Notes under the pieces: model-generated
The model's database searches: none
What the model saw: the letters and a program-made list of their open reading frames with translations, nothing else
What the model was told of the DNA's origin: nothing
Shown here: piece after piece, positions 35,329 through 45,775 of the stretch
Position numbering within the stretch: position 1 is the stretch's first letter
Layout: every line of letters starts with the position of its first letter
Assembly (NCBI GenBank): GCA_003971905.1
Contig: RSEE01000022.1
Coordinates: 434,001 to 498,000 of the forward strand
DNA from: Moniliella sp. 'wahieum'
Lineage: Eukaryota
Length of the DNA: 64,000 nucleotides
Direction: 5' to 3'
Made by a program: the position numbers and the translations under genes

Positions 35329-38300
35329 TCAGACCTCACCTCCCGGCTTCGGAGGAGGCGGGCAAGGGCAATGCGACGGGAGCGGGAAACAGCTTGTCGG
35401 GGTACATCGCATGGAAACGAACCACCGGGTCGGCGTCGTGGGACATGTCCGCGGCTGGCACCCACTCCCGCTCGTGGACCGGGTAGCCTCGGAAATGGAC
35501 AAAGTACTCGAGACGTCCACCGCGACCCTTACGGCGGGAGTCAAGAACCTCTTGGACCTCGTGATGAACCGCCCCATCGTCGGCATACTCGGGAAGGGGG
35601 GGAGGGGGCTCGACCAAGCGGTTAGAGACCTCGTCGCCTGGGCTATAGGCGCGCAACCGGGAGACGTGGAACGCATCGTGAATGTGAAGCCAATCAGGCA
35701 AGCGAACCTGGTACGCAGCACGTCCGACAGCACGGACAATGGGAAAGGGACCAAGGTAGCGATAATCCAACCCGTCGGAGGGACGTTGGGTGGAGAAGTA
35801 GCCATCGCGCCGAACCAAAACCGGTTGATCAACTTCAAAGGTGTCGGCCTCGGTGCGATGCTGATCAGCGTAGTGCCGATACCGCTCCTGGGCAGCGGCC
35901 AGCGTCTTCGAGCTACGGCCTGGGCCGAGCGGAGGCCCTCGAGGTACGATGCAGCGTCCGGCACGGCCGACGACGCAGCCGCCAACTCACCACGGGGCGA
36001 GTAGCCATACGTAAGGAAAAAGGGGGACGCGCCTGTGCTGGAGTGGGGAGAAGAGTTGTAAGCAAACTCGGCCGTGGGAAGAAGATCAATCCAGTTTGAC
36101 TGCTGCTCATCCAGGTAGCAACGAAGGTACTGCTCGAGCACCTGGTTCACTCTCTCCGTCTGCCCGTCCGATTGGGGGTGATACGCCGTGCTGAGGCTCG
36201 AGTGGATGCCCAAGTCACTGCACAGGGCCCTCCAAAGTGGCTCGTAAAGGTAGGACCACGGTCGCTGACCAAGTCGCGCGGCAACCCATGGTAGCGGAAA
36301 ACGTGGTGAACAAACTGGTGGGCAAGCCGCGGCGCCGTGTCCGTTGTGTGGGCAGGAATGAAATGCGCCATCTTAGTGAACCTGTCCACCACGACCAAGA
36401 TGGCATCGAACCCCTTCGAGGGTGGAAGCTGGGTGATGTGATCCATCGTTAAATGAGTCCACGGGCCTTGAGGTGGGGCCAAGGGTTGAAGCAAGCCAGC
36501 GGGAGGACGCCGCGGCACTTTGGTCCGCTGACAACGGTCGCAAGAGCGCACATATGCCCACACGTCGGCCGACAGGCGGGGCCACCAATACTGCGACCGC
36601 ACACGCAACCGAGTCTTGTCCCGCCCTTCGTGTCCTGCCAGCGCGGAGTCGTGGGCCTGAAAAGAACAGCCGCGCGGAGAGGGGCATCGGGGGGGACATA
36701 GATCTGCTCCCCATGCCACAGGAGGCCATCGCGAACGGTAAGAGCATGAGGGGGGGGTCGCGGGGAGATCGCAACGGCCCAACGGGGGTCGCGGGGCACC
36801 AAGTCGCGGATGCGCTGCTGGATCTCGTCGGCCGACAAGCGCGCCACCAACGGCGCGTCGGGCTGAGTGGACATGAGCTCGAGCACAGCAGCCGAACGCT
36901 CAGAGACAGGCTCCAGCAGGGTCTGGGGGCAGCCTCGGCAGGGCGAGAGCCGATGAAAGATCGGGGCGACGGGACAAGCCATCAGCGGCAGCATTCTTCG
37001 TCCCGGAGCGATACACCATGAGTAACCGGTAGGGCGACAAGGTCTGACGCCACCGGCCTGCCGGCGGTTCAGGAGGCGCGGCCGGCGGAAGGTAGCGATC
37101 GCCTCGTGGTCCGTAAGCACCTGGACCGTATCGACGCTCTCAACATAGTGGCGCCACACTTCGACGGCCGCCACAATGGCAAGCACCTCCTTCTCAGACG
37201 TGGTATAGTTGAGTTCGGCTGCGACAAGCTTGCGGGAATGGAAGGCGACAGGCCGCCAACGACCATGTTCGTCCTGCTGGGCCAGCACGGCACCCAAGGC
37301 GGCATCCGATGCGTCAGTCTCAATGCGGAGTGGCCGACTGGGGTCAAAATGGCAAATGACATGGGGAGAAGCGAAGGCCCTCTTGAGGTCGTCGAAGGCG
37401 CTTTGGCAGGCAGGCGGCCAATCAAACCGCTGTGTCTTGCGGGTGAGGTCGGAAAGGGGTGCCGAAATGCGGGCATAGGAGCGAATGAAGTGGCGATAGT
37501 AATTGGCAAACCCAAGGAACACCTGAACTTGGCGACTGGTCTTGGGCGTCGGCCATGCTTTGATCGCTTCCACCTTAGCAGGATCCATTCCGATCCCCGT
37601 GGGCGAAACGACATAGCCCAAATACTCAGTCTGGGATGTGTGGAACTGGCACTTGTCCGGATTAAGGTAAAGCCTTGCGCGCTGCAGACGCCGCAACACC
37701 TCGGCAACACGCTCCTCGTGTGCCTTCTCGTCCGACGAGAATACCAAGATATCGTCCAATATGCCAGCACCGAGACGTCGAGGAGGTCCCGGAGGAGATC
37801 ATTCATTATGGCTTGGAAGTGGCGGGCGCGTTACAGAGACCGAACGGCATGACGAGCGACTCAAAGTGACCATACCGGGTACGAAAAGCCGTCTTGTACT
37901 CATCGCCCTCCTTGACCCTCAAAAGGTTGTACGCCCCACGGAGGTCAAGCTTGGTAAAACGCGAGCCCCGGACAAGCGATCGAGCGAGTCACTAATCAAG
38001 GGGAGGGCCATACGATTCTTGATGGTAATGGAGTTGAGAGCACGATAGTCTACACACAGTCGGAGCGAGCCATCCTTCTTCTTAACAAAGAGAACACCCG
38101 CCCCAAACGGCGATTTAGACGGGCGAATGAACCCAGAGGCCAAATTTTCGTCAATCCAACGGCCCAGGGCATCCATCTCGCCCGTAGAGAGGGGATAGAG
38201 ACGAGTGAAGGTGGGAGTAGCGCCGGGCACGAGGTCGATCGAATGGTCGGCCGCACGATGGGTGGGAAGCGTCTTGGCGCCAGACTTGGAGAAGGCATCA

Positions 38301-39300
38301 AGATAGGCATGGTAGCGGGTAGGCACCGTTTTCCGGACGTGGTCGACATACTCCGGGGTGTCAAACTCGTCAGGGAACACTGGCTCTGGACCCTCTGCAA
38401 CGGAAACAGACGAAATGACCAAAGCTGGTCACTGGGACGGGCAACGCATACCTCGGTGTGGGGATCGGCGGCCACCTCTCCTTCAAACTGTTCCAAGGAA
38501 AGGAGGTCAATCGGCACGCTAGGGGGAAGGGAGGACTGGGGGGTGGTACCGGAGGGTGAGGAGCGAAGACGCGTACCTTGGGGAGGGGGGGACTGGTTTG
38601 AAGGTGGAGGCACAGACTGGTACGGAAGCTGAGAGGGGACTGCGGCGGATGTGGGGGAGGGGGGAACTGGTTGGGGAGATGCTGGTGCTGGTGCTGGTGC
38701 TGGTGCTGGTGCTGGTGCTGGTGCTGGTGCTGGTGCTGGTGCTGGTGCTGGTGCTGGTGCTGGTGCTGGTGCTGGTGCTGGTGCTGGTGCGGGGGCGGGT
38801 GCTGGTGCTGGTGCTGGGGTTGGGGTTGGCAATGCTCGCGGCACTGCGGTTTGTCGAAATGCAAAGTGTGCGAGGGGTAGTCGGTGGAAGGGTTGTGGGC
38901 CTCGAGAAAGGGGAGGCCAAGAATCAAGGGATGGTGGAGGGAGGTGAGGAAAAATTCCTCGGTCGACACATGCGAGCCGACCGCGACGGATGCCTCCACC
39001 GCCCGGGTCACCAGACCCGAAGAGATGGGGCGTCCGTCAACTACGCGGACTGACAAGGGCGACTCCAGCGGATGGGCAAGCAGGCCGTGTCGGTGAGCGA
39101 AGACACGATCCAAAAGACGCTGTTGGCACCAGAGTCAATCAGGGCAAGAACCGGGATCGGAGCTGGGGACGGGGACGAGGACGAAGAACCAGGGCGCAAG
39201 TGAACAAGTACCGTGAAAGAACCAGGCGAAGGCCGACTGGGCCCGACGGCCGCCTCAGACAGCACCAGCCGTGGAGGAGTCGGACTGTTGAGGCGGGGGC
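35329..39300 (-). CDS. pol: Pol polyprotein (aspartic protease, RT, RNase H, integrase, chromodomain), frameshifted
   Basis: [18 protein letters not shown][L]DDILVFS; IETDASD; H-x6-[43 protein letters not shown]; chromodomain [24 protein letters not shown]. Confidence 0.97.
38681..38817. repeat. (GCTGGT)n hexamer microsatellite in the protease-RT linker
   Basis: About 18 perfect units at 38681-38788 plus further interrupted units. Reads (PA)n in the frame continuing toward RT. Confidence 0.97.
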
Positions 39301-40610
39301 GAGCTGGCAAGCGGGCAGCGGGCGATGCGGTGGTCACGGGAGCCGCAACAGTAGCAGGATCCTTCCGCCCTGCGCTCCCGATATCGTGCTGCTCTCTCTG
39401 TGGCCTGCGCCTCGGCTGCGCTAAGGTCCATGGGCTCGGGTTCAGCGCCGAAAAAACTGGCTCCCGCTCGGAGCCTGAGAAGCCCTACTAACGCGCGCGC
39501 ATACCCAACGTCTGGGACTCGTCGATATCGATGGCCGCAGTGCGCAGCTGCTCAAACGACAGCCGATTGACGTGTGTAGACTCACCACGAGCAGCAAGCC
39601 CGTCTCGCACCTTGGGTTTCAGCCCATACAGAAAGTCCCAATAGTACTGCTCATGAGGGGCATTGGGGCTCCAGCATCGCAGCAGACGCACAAATTGAGC
39701 GGCATAGTCGGCAGCCGACCCGGTCTGAGTGAGCGCCCGATACTCCACATACGCTGACTGCTGCGGGTTACGTTCACCCCATTCCGTCAAAAACGCAGTC
39801 CGAAAGGCAGGCCACGACTGGAGGTCAGGGGAGGTGCGCTGAGCCAACGGCAGTTCGGGCTCCGACCCGTACTGCCGGAGCCACCGAAGCGCCTCGCCTT
39901 GCATCAATCCCATGAACCGGTCAATCTTCTCCGCATCGTCGACGTGGCGACCGAGGGCGACGCGGGCGTAGATCTCAAAGGAAGTAACGACCTCTTCAGC
40001 CGAGATGCGGTCACTCTTGCTGGGGTGAGCACTGGAGGACGGACGGAAATGGACAGGCTCGAACATCTTGAGGTCGCGAGACGCGGGTGCCGGCTGGGAC
40101 GGGGCGCTCTCGGAGGCGGAAAGGGCGGGGCCTTGCACGTTGGCGGAACCACCGCTAGCAGCAGCGCGCGCTTGCTCTGCCGTCTGTGAGAGCTGCAGCA
40201 TCTCAACAGCCGCTGCAGCCTCCGCCCGTTTCTCCTCCAGCATGGCCTCCCGCCGGAACTGAGTGTGGGCGCGATCGACTCGAATCTTCTCGGCCTCGTG
40301 GCATTGTCGTCGCGAATCTTCTCGGCCTCGTAGGCCCGTTCCTCGCGGAGCTTCTCCGTCTGCAGCCGACGAGCCGCGCGAGCATCATTCAACTCGTCCA
40401 GCGCGATTGCAGAAGCGGGGGGTCCAGCCATGGAAGATGGGTCTTGGGCCATCGGAGCGGCGGGGGTGTACCATTCTGCCTCCTCGCACCGCCAGCACCG
40501 CCGCCATCGCCGCCATCATCCGAGGCATCCAATGCGTAACGGCCACTGCGGCGCACGGGGGGGTTACTGGTAGGGTTGCTGAGATTCTGCTGGTCGGGGG
40601 TCGCGGACAT
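39256..40610 (-). CDS. gag: Gag with CCHC zinc knuckle, frameshifted
   Basis: ATG 40610. Capsid-like region (KIDRFMGLMQGEALRW..SWPAFRTAFL..LTQTGSAADYAAQF..FLYGLKPKVR), PEPMDL motif and CYCCGSRDHRIARC (CX2CX4HX4C). Confidence 0.92.
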
Positions 40611-40649
40611 CTTGGTCGGGCTCGTCTGATTGGGGTTGACGAACGATAA

Positions 40650-40828
40650 TGTAACAGTCGGGGCTAAACGAGGGAGACCAAGGTCCTGTCAGAGGCGGGG
40701 GAAAGGCAAGATCGTTCGTGGGAGGAAACAGAAGGCATCAGGCAGAGAACAGAAGCAAAAGGAAGGGAAGAGCGAGAGACACAGGATGCGGAATTGGAAA
40801 TTGGAGCGAGCTTAGTCATTCGGTGACA
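40650..40828 (-). repeat. 5' LTR of the chromovirus
   Basis: Direct repeat of 35141-35319. Followed on the minus strand by the PBS region and gag ATG. Confidence 0.97.
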
Positions 40829-40852
40829 GGCCGCGTGCGCGTCCCAGGGGAA

Positions 40853-40884
40853 ACGTCACACGTCACACGTCACACGTCACACGT
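40853..40884. repeat. (ACGTCAC)n heptamer array beside the insertion site
   Basis: acgtcac x4.5. Confidence 0.9.
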
Positions 40885-41801
40885 CGTTGCATCACGTGTC
40901 ACACGTCACGCGTCACATTGAATATTGAATGTCTAGCGTGATACGATACAAGCTGCCTGCGGCATATGTTGCTGTATGTGCCCATCCATGCGTCCGGCGC
41001 TCACGCACCGCTAAAATACACACGCCCATTCGCCTGCCGACCGGCGCCCCCTCCTGTTCCCCACCCCCTCTGCCCTTTGATTTGGCTCTTGCTCGTGGCC
41101 TGGCTTCCTGCTACCACCACCACCCTTCCCCGTCGCCCAATCTTTCGCAACCAGACGCCTCCCGTGCCTATATCCGAGCGCTAATCTCGACTTCCGCCTC
41201 CGGCCCGAATTTCCAATTGCAGCCACCAGCAGCGGCACGCAAGAGTCTCCTCCCTTGCCTACGAGCTGCCGCGGCCTGTGTCCTCTTTCGGTCCGTTGCC
41301 GGTTCCTTGGCGTTGCCCATATTGCACTTGCTCGCCGGCGCTTGCACGTCCTCCCGCTCAGCGCTCACTCGCTCGTCACGGCGCCCCTCTCCACGTCGCG
41401 CACTCCCTACTGTTGTTACTCGACTTCCAGGGCCCATTTGTGCTCAGCCTGAGCGCTCACCCTTTCTGCTCACGACACGCCGTATCTCCGTCGCGCCACC
41501 TAAACTGTGCGCTACCCGCGGTTACCACTACTAGTCGCCCAGTCCCCATCGCCCTTTGCCGGCCATACTAAGTAAGGTTGCGACTGAGCCCACCTTGTTA
41601 TCCCGTGGGCCTCCACACACCTCACCCGCCTCTTCCCTGTGTCGGAATCAAACTATATCTCGTTGCTCGTTCCATATCGCGCCTGCAACCACGCCCGCGC
41701 CCACATTTACGCACCTGACCACGACCACGACCACGTCCACGACTACACTCACGCCGACCCCACCTCACCCTTCTCGCCCCCTCTCCGTTGCTCTTTAAAC
41801 C

Positions 41802-42598
41802 ATGACGACCTCGACTAAGACTTTTACGAAATCCGCGCGTTCTTCCACCATCTCCACGCGATCCCGTTCCACCTCGTCCATTGAACCACCTCCTCCCTCG
41901 ACGTCGATGGAACGACCACAAGCGATGCATGTCAGTCCCCCCGCTGGTCGGAGCGAACTCTATGGCTATGCCCCTCTGGCGTACCTGTGTGAAGAAGTGG
42001 TTCTTCGTCTCTTTGCCTGTCCGACTACCTCCTATTCTGCCCGACGGTCACGATCAAGTACCTTGTCTATGCTTCCGTCGGTGCCGTTGATCGAGTTTAT
42101 TGCGTATGCGTTGCATCGTACACAACTACCCCTGTTGGTTATTTACCATGCGCTTTACCTATTGCGTCGTCTCAAGCACCGCTTTCCCTTTTCGCGTGGC
42201 AGCTGCGGCCATCGCCTCTTCATCTCTGCTCTGATACTGGCAAGCAAGTCGATGTGCGACGATACGTACTCCAACCAGTCCTGGACCACGTGTCGCACGG
42301 ATTCTTTACCTTGCGCGATATCAACACGATGGAGAAAGAACTGTTTGCCTTTCTCAACTACCGCGTCAACGTGCGGGCAGAACAGCTACTTTCCTTTGCT
42401 CACCTACTCGAAGCAGGCCAGCTGGACCGTGCCCTTCTGCCCCCGGACGAACTGGAATTGCAAAAGAGCGAACGGGAAACCAATATCCCCACCCCGTGCC
42501 GCTATTACCCTTCTCCTCTTCCTCCCCCTGCACCTTGCCCGATTCGGCAGCTCACTCCTATCGATCCACGCCACCGTCTTCAGTGGATTCTGATTTAG
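41802..42598 (+). CDS. Pho85-type cyclin (Pcl/Pho80 family, cyclin N-terminal box)
   Basis: LIEFIAYALHRTQLP..ALYLLRRLK..GHRLFISALILASKSMCDDTYSNQSW(fs)..FTLRDINTMEKELFAFLNYRVNV. Confidence 0.9.
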
Positions 42599-43502
42599 AA
42601 CCCGAGTGGGCGCCTTGTTATTTTCTAATCGACCCTCAGGCCTGAGCCTCAGGCTCTGAGGCCTGACCGTTGCTTGTGCTTGTTTGCGTCCGAATTGCAT
42701 CCACGATATATGATCTTACGGGTTCCCATCAATTTCTCTAGTCGATTGCCCCTGGAGCGAGGTTTCTTTCGGTAGTAGCTGTTGTAGTCAGGCCAAAATG
42801 GTTGAACGGGCTGGAAGGCTTGGCCCTTCAGCTGTGGGAAGCTTAAAACTGTGTTGAGAAGAGTACTTGGTACAGACAGTAAATCTCCGACCTAGTATAC
42901 TCCACATCAGGTTTCAGTCCCTCAGGCCTCAGGCCCTTCAAAAGGCCATCTCAGATCTCAGGCCGCCTTATGCATTACGAGGCGTAACGCGTAAGGCCGG
43001 GCGTAAGGCTGTAATGCTTTATGCCTTAAGGGCACTCAGTACTGAGTGGTCTTAGAGCTTAATACCCCACTCCGTCCAGCTATTAATTAGTCAACATTCA
43101 TGTTGTGTGTCTGCGCGATCGCATAATTGGATCGATTATCGATATCGATTAAATGTTCGTGCAGAATCATATGATGGTCCACCATCCCCAACACAACCAG
43201 GCGTTGCTCTCCTGCGGCCGCACAAGTGGCGCTGATGAGCTCATGCATGGCATGATGGGCCGCTCACGCGCGTATGGCTCTTTTGGCGATGTTCTCCATC
43301 CCCATTGTTGGCACGGGTGCGCTTGCCCCATATTTCAATGACGATGCGACTCGAAGGCCCTTCCAGAAGGCGTCGCTTGCTGCCCCCAACACAACCCTTC
43401 CACTCAAAGGCTCTAAACCAAAAGGATATGATCAACCGACATTGGACGTGCCCCTGAAGGACACGGAGTTTGAAAGATTGACGTTCATGACTATCCGTCC
43501 AA

Positions 43503-43537
43503 GGTTACTAGTTACTAGTTACTAGTTACTAGTTACT
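43503..43537. repeat. (GTTACTA)n heptamer array with ACTAGT palindromic core
   Basis: gttacta x5. Confidence 0.9.
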
Positions 43538-44608
43538 ACAATAGTTGCTAGTACTAGCTAGTTCTGAATAGTATCGCTTTAGTTCACTAGCTTCTCACTG
43601 GTCACTTTTGACTCCTAGCTTCCGAGAATATATTCCCTCAAGTACTTAGTGACTCTGCCGGGCGCTCAACCAGCGCCTTCGAGCCCTGCCTTTTCTTTGG
43701 GGAGGAGGAGGGCAGGGTGTATGGGGTGTGTGGAATCGATAATCGATAAACAGGAGTGCAAAAGTGAGCTATGGTAATAGTAACCTGTAACAGTATACTA
43801 TAACGCACGCACGCGTTGCCATGATCTCGTACGATCGTAGCCGCTGCCGCAGGGGATGATCATGTTTTCAATCCCCAGGCATAGTCTTGGAGCTTGAAGC
43901 TAGTGGAGCTTTTAAAGTTGACGTTCGGCTCACTTTTCAGGCGTTGAGCTTCTCGAAAACGTATATAGTACGTTGATGAGCTCAAGGAACTCAACGTCAT
44001 TAATCATTGTAGCAGTGTCAAACATGTCAACCTTGAAGCTTGAAAAGCTTTCAAGCTTGAACGTCTTCAACGTTGAAACGTTGAACGTACGTCTCTACTT
44101 GTATTCATGGCGTTCGTTCTTTGGATGCATCAGATCTCACAGGTCGGCAAGTATCCGTACATATCTTCTCGATGAAAGTTGCCACCTCATTTACTCTCCT
44201 CGCTCTCACGAGTGTGGTACACCACATACCTCGGGCCGCCAGAATTACTCTCTCTCTGCGAGGCTCAATTTCGTTGAGATGAAAGTATTGCCAAATCAAG
44301 ATACTAGGACTTGCAGTCAGATTCCAGAGCCACTCCACTCTGGGCTCGGCTACTCATGCACTTTGTTGGATTCAACCTCGACATCCCCTGGGGCGTCCAA
44401 AGTAAATCCACCGTGCGCCTCGCCCATCTTTATACCTTCCCCGTCCTGGTTGCAGCAGCCACGACAAGGATACAAAAAAGTGCACATTTGCCAACCACAG
44501 TGAATAGGCTGGCCTGGAGACAAGAGGGGCACGAGCCAGCCCATCCTGACTCGCCCTCGTGATAGAGGGAGATAAGTTCGATAAGTGGGCTTGAAACAGG
44601 TACACGAA

Positions 44609-45775
44609 CTAAAGTCCGGAAACAGGTACCCGTACGGATCGGGTCGTTCGGGTTGGTTGTACTCGCTAGTGTCGACCTCTCGTAGCGTTCAAACCTGGCA
44701 GGCAGATGCAGATCGTCAGCGATGAGTACTTTGGGGATACAAAGGGCGCAGGAGAGGGGAAATTGCCTGCGGGGAGGCGTTCAACGTACTGGCTGCCGTC
44801 TCCGTCCACACCAATGAGGGAATGTAGGGTGCATGGATCTCTCTCCGAGCAGTTTGCTCCAATCCACCTCGGCAAACCACAAATGTGAAAAGACATCGGG
44901 GACCCCTAGCGAGGTTGCCATACCTCTTGGTCAAATCGGGTGTGAGCAGGTTCTTCAGCAGGTCCTTGACCCCCGTGTCAAAAAATGGGGGTAGCGCACT
45001 TTGCACGCCACGATTTTCTCATACAACTTGATCGGATTGCCATCATCGGTGAAGAACGGTGGATGGCCCGCCAGCATCTCATACAGTAGCACTCCCAGCG
45101 CCCACCATCCACTGCTTTGGTGTACGGCTTGGACGACACAATTTCGGGCGCAAGGTAGTCTGGCGTGCCACATAGCGTCCAGGTCACATCTGGCACGTAC
45201 TTGGCAAACCCAAAGTCGGTCAACTTCAAATGGCCATCAGAGGCAATCAGAATTTCTCTGGCTTCAGGTCGCGGTAGACAAACCCATGGAATGGAGATAG
45301 TCGAGAGCAAGCGCCACTTCGGCAGCGTAAAACTTGGCCACCGGGGCTGGAAGCGTTGGCTCTTTCGCAACAGCGTAAACAGCTCTCCCCCCGGTACAAA
45401 GTCCATGACCATGTAGAGAAAAGAAGGGTCCTTGAACGTGCCCCAGATGTTGACGAGGAAAGGGTGGCGCACCGCGGCCAGCACGGCTCGCTCCGAGTTG
45501 GTGTGTTCGACCTGCTTCATGCGCACCACCTTTTCCTTGCGCAACACCTTGATCGCATACGGCCGGCCATTGTGCTGGGAGCGGACAGATGCACGCGGCC
45601 AAAGGAGCCGGGCCGAGTGTCTTTTGGATGGCAAAGTCGCTGAGGGTGTGTAGCGGCCACTGAGGGTGCGCTGCTGGGGCGCGGGCAGGTGGGGGGCTGG
45701 GGGCTCGGTTGGTGGGAACTAGGCTGCGGGTGAGGGGGTGACGGGCTCAGGCGGTGCAGTGAGGACCTGGGCCAT
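44609..45775 (-). CDS. PKA1: cAMP-dependent protein kinase catalytic subunit (U. maydis Adr1-like)
   Basis: [97 protein letters not shown]. Intron ~44695-44789 (GTACGT..GCTGAC..CAG). C-terminal [10 protein letters not shown]. Many indels. Confidence 0.95.

Larger units (their letters stand above)
35141..40828 (-). mobile_element. Full-length Ty3/gypsy chromovirus LTR retrotransposon (Tf1/MAGGY-like), very young
   Basis: 179-bp LTRs 35141-35319 and 40650-40828 (TGT..ACA) differing only by indels. TSD GGCCG at 35136-35140 and 40829-40833. PPT GAAAGGGGCAA at ~35320-35330. Domain order gag-PR-RT-RH-IN-chromodomain. Confidence 0.98.

Noticed and set aside
38519..39053. ORFs with (TS)n, (LV)n, (GA)n or (CW)n repeats
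   Set aside because: Alternative-frame and antisense readings of the same hexamer microsatellite.
39485..39490. TAG TAG after the gag capsid ORF, in frame with protease (stop read-through)
   Set aside because: The conserved PEPMDL and CCHC motifs lie downstream in another frame, so the stops most likely result from an indel error.
45719..45721. Premature TAG in the PKA N-terminus
   Set aside because: It lies in a C-run-rich, low-complexity segment where compensating indel errors are likely; the kinase core is intact.
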